Shown here: in pieces, positions 60,679 to 64,000 of the stretch
How positions within the stretch are numbered: position 1 is the stretch's first letter
How the letters are laid out: the number at the start of each line of letters is the position of its first letter
Origin: Thermomicrobiales bacterium
Lineage (GTDB): Bacteria; Chloroflexota; Chloroflexia; Thermomicrobiales; JALYUS01
Assembly: GCA_038231255.1 (NCBI GenBank)
Contig: JBBRLR010000004.1
Location: 17,489-81,488, forward strand
Reading direction: 5' to 3'
DNA: 64,000 nucleotides
Program-made: the position numbers and the translations under genes
Notes under the pieces: model-generated
What the model saw: the letters and a program-made list of their open reading frames with translations, nothing else
Told to the model about the DNA's origin: nothing
Database searches by the model: none

Positions 60679-62592
60679 ATGAACGACACGGCGAAACGGA
60701 CGGTGCATCCCTTCCTCGCGCGGGTGCAGGACACGGCGCGCGGGCCGCTCCTCTTCGATGGCGCGATGGGCACCCTGCTCCACATGCGCGGGGACGAGCC
60801 GATGGATACCTGCTTCGTCGCGCTCAATAAATCCCGGCCCGACCTCGTCTCGTCGCTCCACCGCGACTACATCGCGGCGGGCGCGGAAGCGATCAAGACG
60901 AACACCTTCGCGGGCAACCGCTTCCAGTTGGAACTCCATGGCTGGGGCGACGAGGTGCGCGATCTGAACAAGCGCGCCGCGAAACTCGCCCGCGACGCCC
61001 GCGAGATCAGCGGACAGGCGGTCTGGATCGCCGGCAGTGTCGGCCCGACCGGGCGGCTGCTCGCGCCCATCGGTATGAGTGCCATCAAGGAGATCCACGC
61101 CGCCTTCCGCGAGCAGATCGAGGTGCTCGTCGAGGGCGGCGTGGATCTGCTGCTCCTCGAAACCTTCTCATCGCTCGCCGAGATTCGTGAGGCGATCGCG
61201 GCGGCGCGCGCCGTCTCCGACTTGCCGATTATCGCCTCGATGACCTACGCGGACGACGACCGCACGCCCGTCGGCCACGCCCCGCCCGATGTGGCGCGCG
61301 AGTTGACGCGCCTCGGCGTGGACTGCATCGGCGCGAACTGCTCGGTTGGGCCGCAGAATGTTACGCGCGTCGCTCTCACCCTCCGGCAGGCGACGCACCT
61401 GCCGATCAGTGCGATGCCGAACGCCGGCTGGCCCGCCAACCTCAACGGGCGGATCGTCTACGCCTCCTCGCCCTCGTATCTCGCGGCGCACGCGCGGCAG
61501 GCTGCGGAGGCGGGCGTCCGCATCCTCGGCGGTTGCTGCGGCACCGAACCGGCGCACATCGCCGCGATGCGGCAAGCGCTCGATGCCCTATTCGCCCTCG
61601 ATTCGCAGGTCGCGAAGCACCCGAATGGCGCCGCCGTGGCGATCACGATGCTCCCGGCGGAGGCAACGGACGCCGGGCTTGATGAGCCGGAGTACGGTAG
61701 CGAGTTCGGGCGCAAACTGGCGCGCGGTGCGTTCGTCACGACGGTCGAGGTCGCCCCGCCGCGCGGCCTCAACCCGGCAAAGGTGCTCGCCGGGGCGCGG
61801 CTGCTCATGGAGGCCGGGGTGGACGCCGTGGATGTCACGGACAGCGCCCGCGCCCGCCTTTCGATGAGCCCAATCGCGACCTGCGCGCTGATCCAGCAGA
61901 AGGTCGGCATCGAGACGATCATTCATCTGACCACGCGCGACCGCTCCCTAATGGGCTTGCAGGCGGACTTGCTCGGCGCGCATGCGCTCGGCCTGCGCAA
62001 CGTCCTCGCCCTCACCGGCGACCCTCCCTCACTGGGGAATTACCCGAACTCCACGGCGGTCTACGATGTGGACTCCGTCGGACTGATCGGTATTCTCAAG
62101 CAGATGAACGAGGGTGTGGATATCGGCGGCAACCCAATCGGCGCGGCCGCCGGCTTCACCATCGCCTGTGCCGTTGACCCGACGCGCGACGATTTGCACG
62201 AGGAAGCGCGGCGCTTGAAACGGAAGATCGCGGCGGGCGCGCACTTCGTGATGGCGCAGCCGATCTTCGATCTCGACCGCTGGCGGCGCTTCCTCGATAT
62301 TTACGGCGCCGTCGAGATTCCCGTCCTGCTCGGTATTCTGCCCTTGCAGAACACGCGGCACGCGGAGTTCCTGCACAACGAGGTGCCCGGCATCGTCTTG
62401 ACCGACCGCGTCCGCCAACGCATGGCGGACGCCGGGAACGACGGTCGTCACGTCGGCATCGCCCTCGCGCAGGAACTGATTGTGGAGGCGAAAGACCTCG
62501 TGCAGGGCATCTACATGATGCCCTCCTTCGGTCGCTACGAACAAGCCGCCGCTGTCCTGTCCGCCATCCGCGAACCGGCAACCGGGGATTGA
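60679..62592 (+). CDS. yitJ: Bifunctional homocysteine S-methyltransferase / 5,10-methylenetetrahydrofolate reductase (YitJ-like)
   Basis: The N-terminal domain has LLFDGAMGT, GANCSVGP and GGCCGTEPAHI (zinc Cys ligands). The C-terminal MTHFR domain has VTTVEVAPPRG, HLTTRD, LALTGDPP and QPIFD. Confidence 0.9.
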   Translation: MNDTAKRTVHPFLARVQDTARGPLLFDGAMGTLLHMRGDEPMDTCFVALNKSRPDLVSSLHRDYIAAGAEAIKTNTFAGNRFQLELHGWGDEVRDLNKRAAKLARDAREISGQAVWIAGSVGPTGRLLAPIGMSAIKEIHAAFREQIEVLVEGGVDLLLLETFSSLAEIREAIAAARAVSDLPIIASMTYADDDRTPVGHAPPDVARELTRLGVDCIGANCSVGPQNVTRVALTLRQATHLPISAMPNAGWPANLNGRIVYASSPSYLAAHARQAAEAGVRILGGCCGTEPAHIAAMRQALDALFALDSQVAKHPNGAAVAITMLPAEATDAGLDEPEYGSEFGRKLARGAFVTTVEVAPPRGLNPAKVLAGARLLMEAGVDAVDVTDSARARLSMSPIATCALIQQKVGIETIIHLTTRDRSLMGLQADLLGAHALGLRNVLALTGDPPSLGNYPNSTAVYDVDSVGLIGILKQMNEGVDIGGNPIGAAAGFTIACAVDPTRDDLHEEARRLKRKIAAGAHFVMAQPIFDLDRWRRFLDIYGAVEIPVLLGILPLQNTRHAEFLHNEVPGIVLTDRVRQRMADAGNDGRHVGIALAQELIVEAKDLVQGIYMMPSFGRYEQAAAVLSAIREPATGD

Positions 62593-62735
62593 GCGCAGAG
62601 AACGCAGAGGACGCAGAGGGCGCGGAGACTACAGAGAAGAGATTTGGAAATATATGAATTGGTAGGAAATTCTTCCACTCCCTCTTTCAACTCCCTTTCT
62701 CTGGGTTCTCTATGCTCTCTGCGTCCTCTGCGCTC
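62591..62735. repeat. Long decamer-arm hairpin (copy F8) whose two tips carry the stop codons of both convergent genes
   Basis: The left tip is tgagcgcagagaacgcagaggacgcagagg. The reverse complement of the right tip is tgagcgcagaggacgcagagagc. The yitJ-like TGA (62590-62592) and the MFS TGA (62734-62736) are the terminal TGAs. Confidence 0.85.
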
Positions 62736-63948
62736 AACCCCCTCGTCCGTACCGGAACCAGGATGCGGCGGCGGTGAGGAAGAAGAGGGCGGCGGCGAGG
62801 GCGAAGATGAATGAGAGCGAGAGCCAGTCCGCCACCCAGCCGAGGGCGAGGCCGGAGACGAGGAAACCCATCTCGAAGACGCCCGTTTGCGTCGCCAGTG
62901 CCGCCCCGCGCCGTTCGGGGGGCACGAGGTCCACCGCGAGGGCGTTCAGTTCGGGGAGGACGAGGCTGATCGCCCCGCCCCAGATCAGCGCGGCGACGAC
63001 AAAGGCAGGGAAGACGGGGAAGGCGGTCAGGATTGTCAGGCCGACGCCGAGTGCGATCAGGCCGGGGATCAGCACGCGCCACCGCCCATAGCGGTCCGAC
63101 CACCGGCCGCCGACCGCCCGCACGACGAAGAACATCAGCGCGTCGAAGGTGAAGAAAAACCCCGCGCCCGACAAATGTCGCTCGTCCATCAGCGGCACGA
63201 GAAAAGCGAACACTACCCCGTTCCCCAATGCCGTCACGAAACTCGGAATCGCCGCTGGCAGCACCCGCCATTCGAGTAGCGATCCCCGCATTTGCTCCCC
63301 CTTCCCCCGTGGGGGAGAAGGAAGGGGGGGTAGGGCTGCTCCCGCCCGCAGCGGCAGCAGCAACAGCGCGCAAAGCAGCCCCGCGCCCGCCGAGAGTGCG
63401 AAGGTCAGGTGATACGACACATGCGTCGCGACGAGCAGGCCGACCGGTGGCCCGATGGCGATGGCGACCGTTGAGGCAACCGACGATAGCCCGATTGCCT
63501 CGCCCCGCCGCGTTTCGGGCGCGAGTTCCGCCGCCATCACGACGCTGCCGGTGAGGAAGATCGCCGACGCGACGCCCTGGAACAGTCGGACGGCGATCAG
63601 CACCCAGAGCAGCGTGCCGATCCCGTAGAGCGGTGATGAAAGCATCATCACCGCGCCGACGATCAGGAGCGGAAGGAGCGCGCCCCGATCCATTGCGCGG
63701 CCAAGAAAGGGCCGGGACAGGATCGCGCTGATCGAGAGCGCCCCGATGACGAGGCCGATCCGCCCATTCGAGAAGCCGTGCGCTTGCATATACTGTGGCA
63801 GCGCCGCTTGCAGCACGAAGATCGTGAAGAACCACATGCCCGTTGCCGCGAGAAAAAGTACGAAGCGCGGTGACGCCAGCGGCGACCGATCCGTCTGATG
63901 AGAGGATATTGGGGAAATCGCTGCGGTGATAGTCGGTTCGTTCCCCAT
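62734..63948 (-). CDS. MFS transporter
   Basis: 404 aa with about 12 TM segments and MFS loop LGRAMDRG. Confidence 0.85.
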   Translation of the reverse strand: MGNEPTITAAISPISSHQTDRSPLASPRFVLFLAATGMWFFTIFVLQAALPQYMQAHGFSNGRIGLVIGALSISAILSRPFLGRAMDRGALLPLLIVGAVMMLSSPLYGIGTLLWVLIAVRLFQGVASAIFLTGSVVMAAELAPETRRGEAIGLSSVASTVAIAIGPPVGLLVATHVSYHLTFALSAGAGLLCALLLLPLRAGAALPPLPSPPRGKGEQMRGSLLEWRVLPAAIPSFVTALGNGVVFAFLVPLMDERHLSGAGFFFTFDALMFFVVRAVGGRWSDRYGRWRVLIPGLIALGVGLTILTAFPVFPAFVVAALIWGGAISLVLPELNALAVDLVPPERRGAALATQTGVFEMGFLVSGLALGWVADWLSLSFIFALAAALFFLTAAASWFRYGRGG

Positions 63949-64000
63949 GCGCGCCAGTGTAGCACGCCCACCTCGCCTCGACGCACCCGCCCGCCGCGTG

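Noticed and set aside
60406-61098. 230-aa minus-strand ORF overlapping the yitJ-like gene start.
   Set aside because: It is antisense to a confidently assigned gene, and the remainder lies in repeat-rich leader. Its composition is typical of shadow ORFs.
1-64000. tRNA, rRNA or other classical RNA genes.
   Set aside because: I found no cloverleaf-like sequences with the conserved T-loop (GGTTCRAWYC) or rRNA-like segments on visual scan. A tRNAscan/Infernal run would be needed to be certain.

Overview
GC-rich (roughly two-thirds G+C by eye) bacterial chromosomal segment with about 60 protein-coding genes. I saw no rRNA, tRNA or CRISPR array. All family calls come from motifs read by eye in the supplied translations. 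No database search was possible.

Content is mostly accessory metabolism:
- trehalose synthesis (otsA/otsB)
- a large peptide and D-amino-acid scavenging neighbourhood: D-aminoacylase, M20 dipeptidase, two MlrC/M81-like peptidases flanking an ATPase-less Dpp/Opp-type ABC importer, and two S9-type hydrolases
- a GH2 glycosidase, homoserine dehydrogenase, aconitase under a divergent IclR regulator, and Met/Cys metabolism genes (PLP gamma-family enzyme, YitJ-like homocysteine methyltransferase/MTHFR)
- a small exopolysaccharide priming block and five MFS transporters

Most system-like locus: a CysM / JAMM (Mec-like) / E1 operon at 35598-38753. The CysO-type sulfur-carrier domain, ending in Gly-Gly, is fused in frame to the N-terminus of a MoeZ-like E1-rhodanese protein.

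Selfish or decaying elements:
- an apparently intact RES-Xre toxin-antitoxin pair (32818-34129)
- a decayed DUF433/DUF5615-like pair with in-frame TAG codons and a frameshift (59617-60360)
- an IS5-family transposase N-terminal relic (50191-50385)
- a twice-frameshifted secreted beta-helix gene with a G9 tract (39487-41114)

The most unusual window-wide signal is the density of structured intergenic repeats:
- a 203-bp MITE-like element with perfect 14-bp terminal inverted repeats, plus derivatives, two of which bracket a cupin gene
- eight long hairpins whose arms are tandem degenerate 9-10-nt units and whose tips often supply the TGA stop codon of the adjacent gene
- several shorter hairpin families

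This repeat load and the gene content suggest a Chloroflexota-like genome, but that is inference only.
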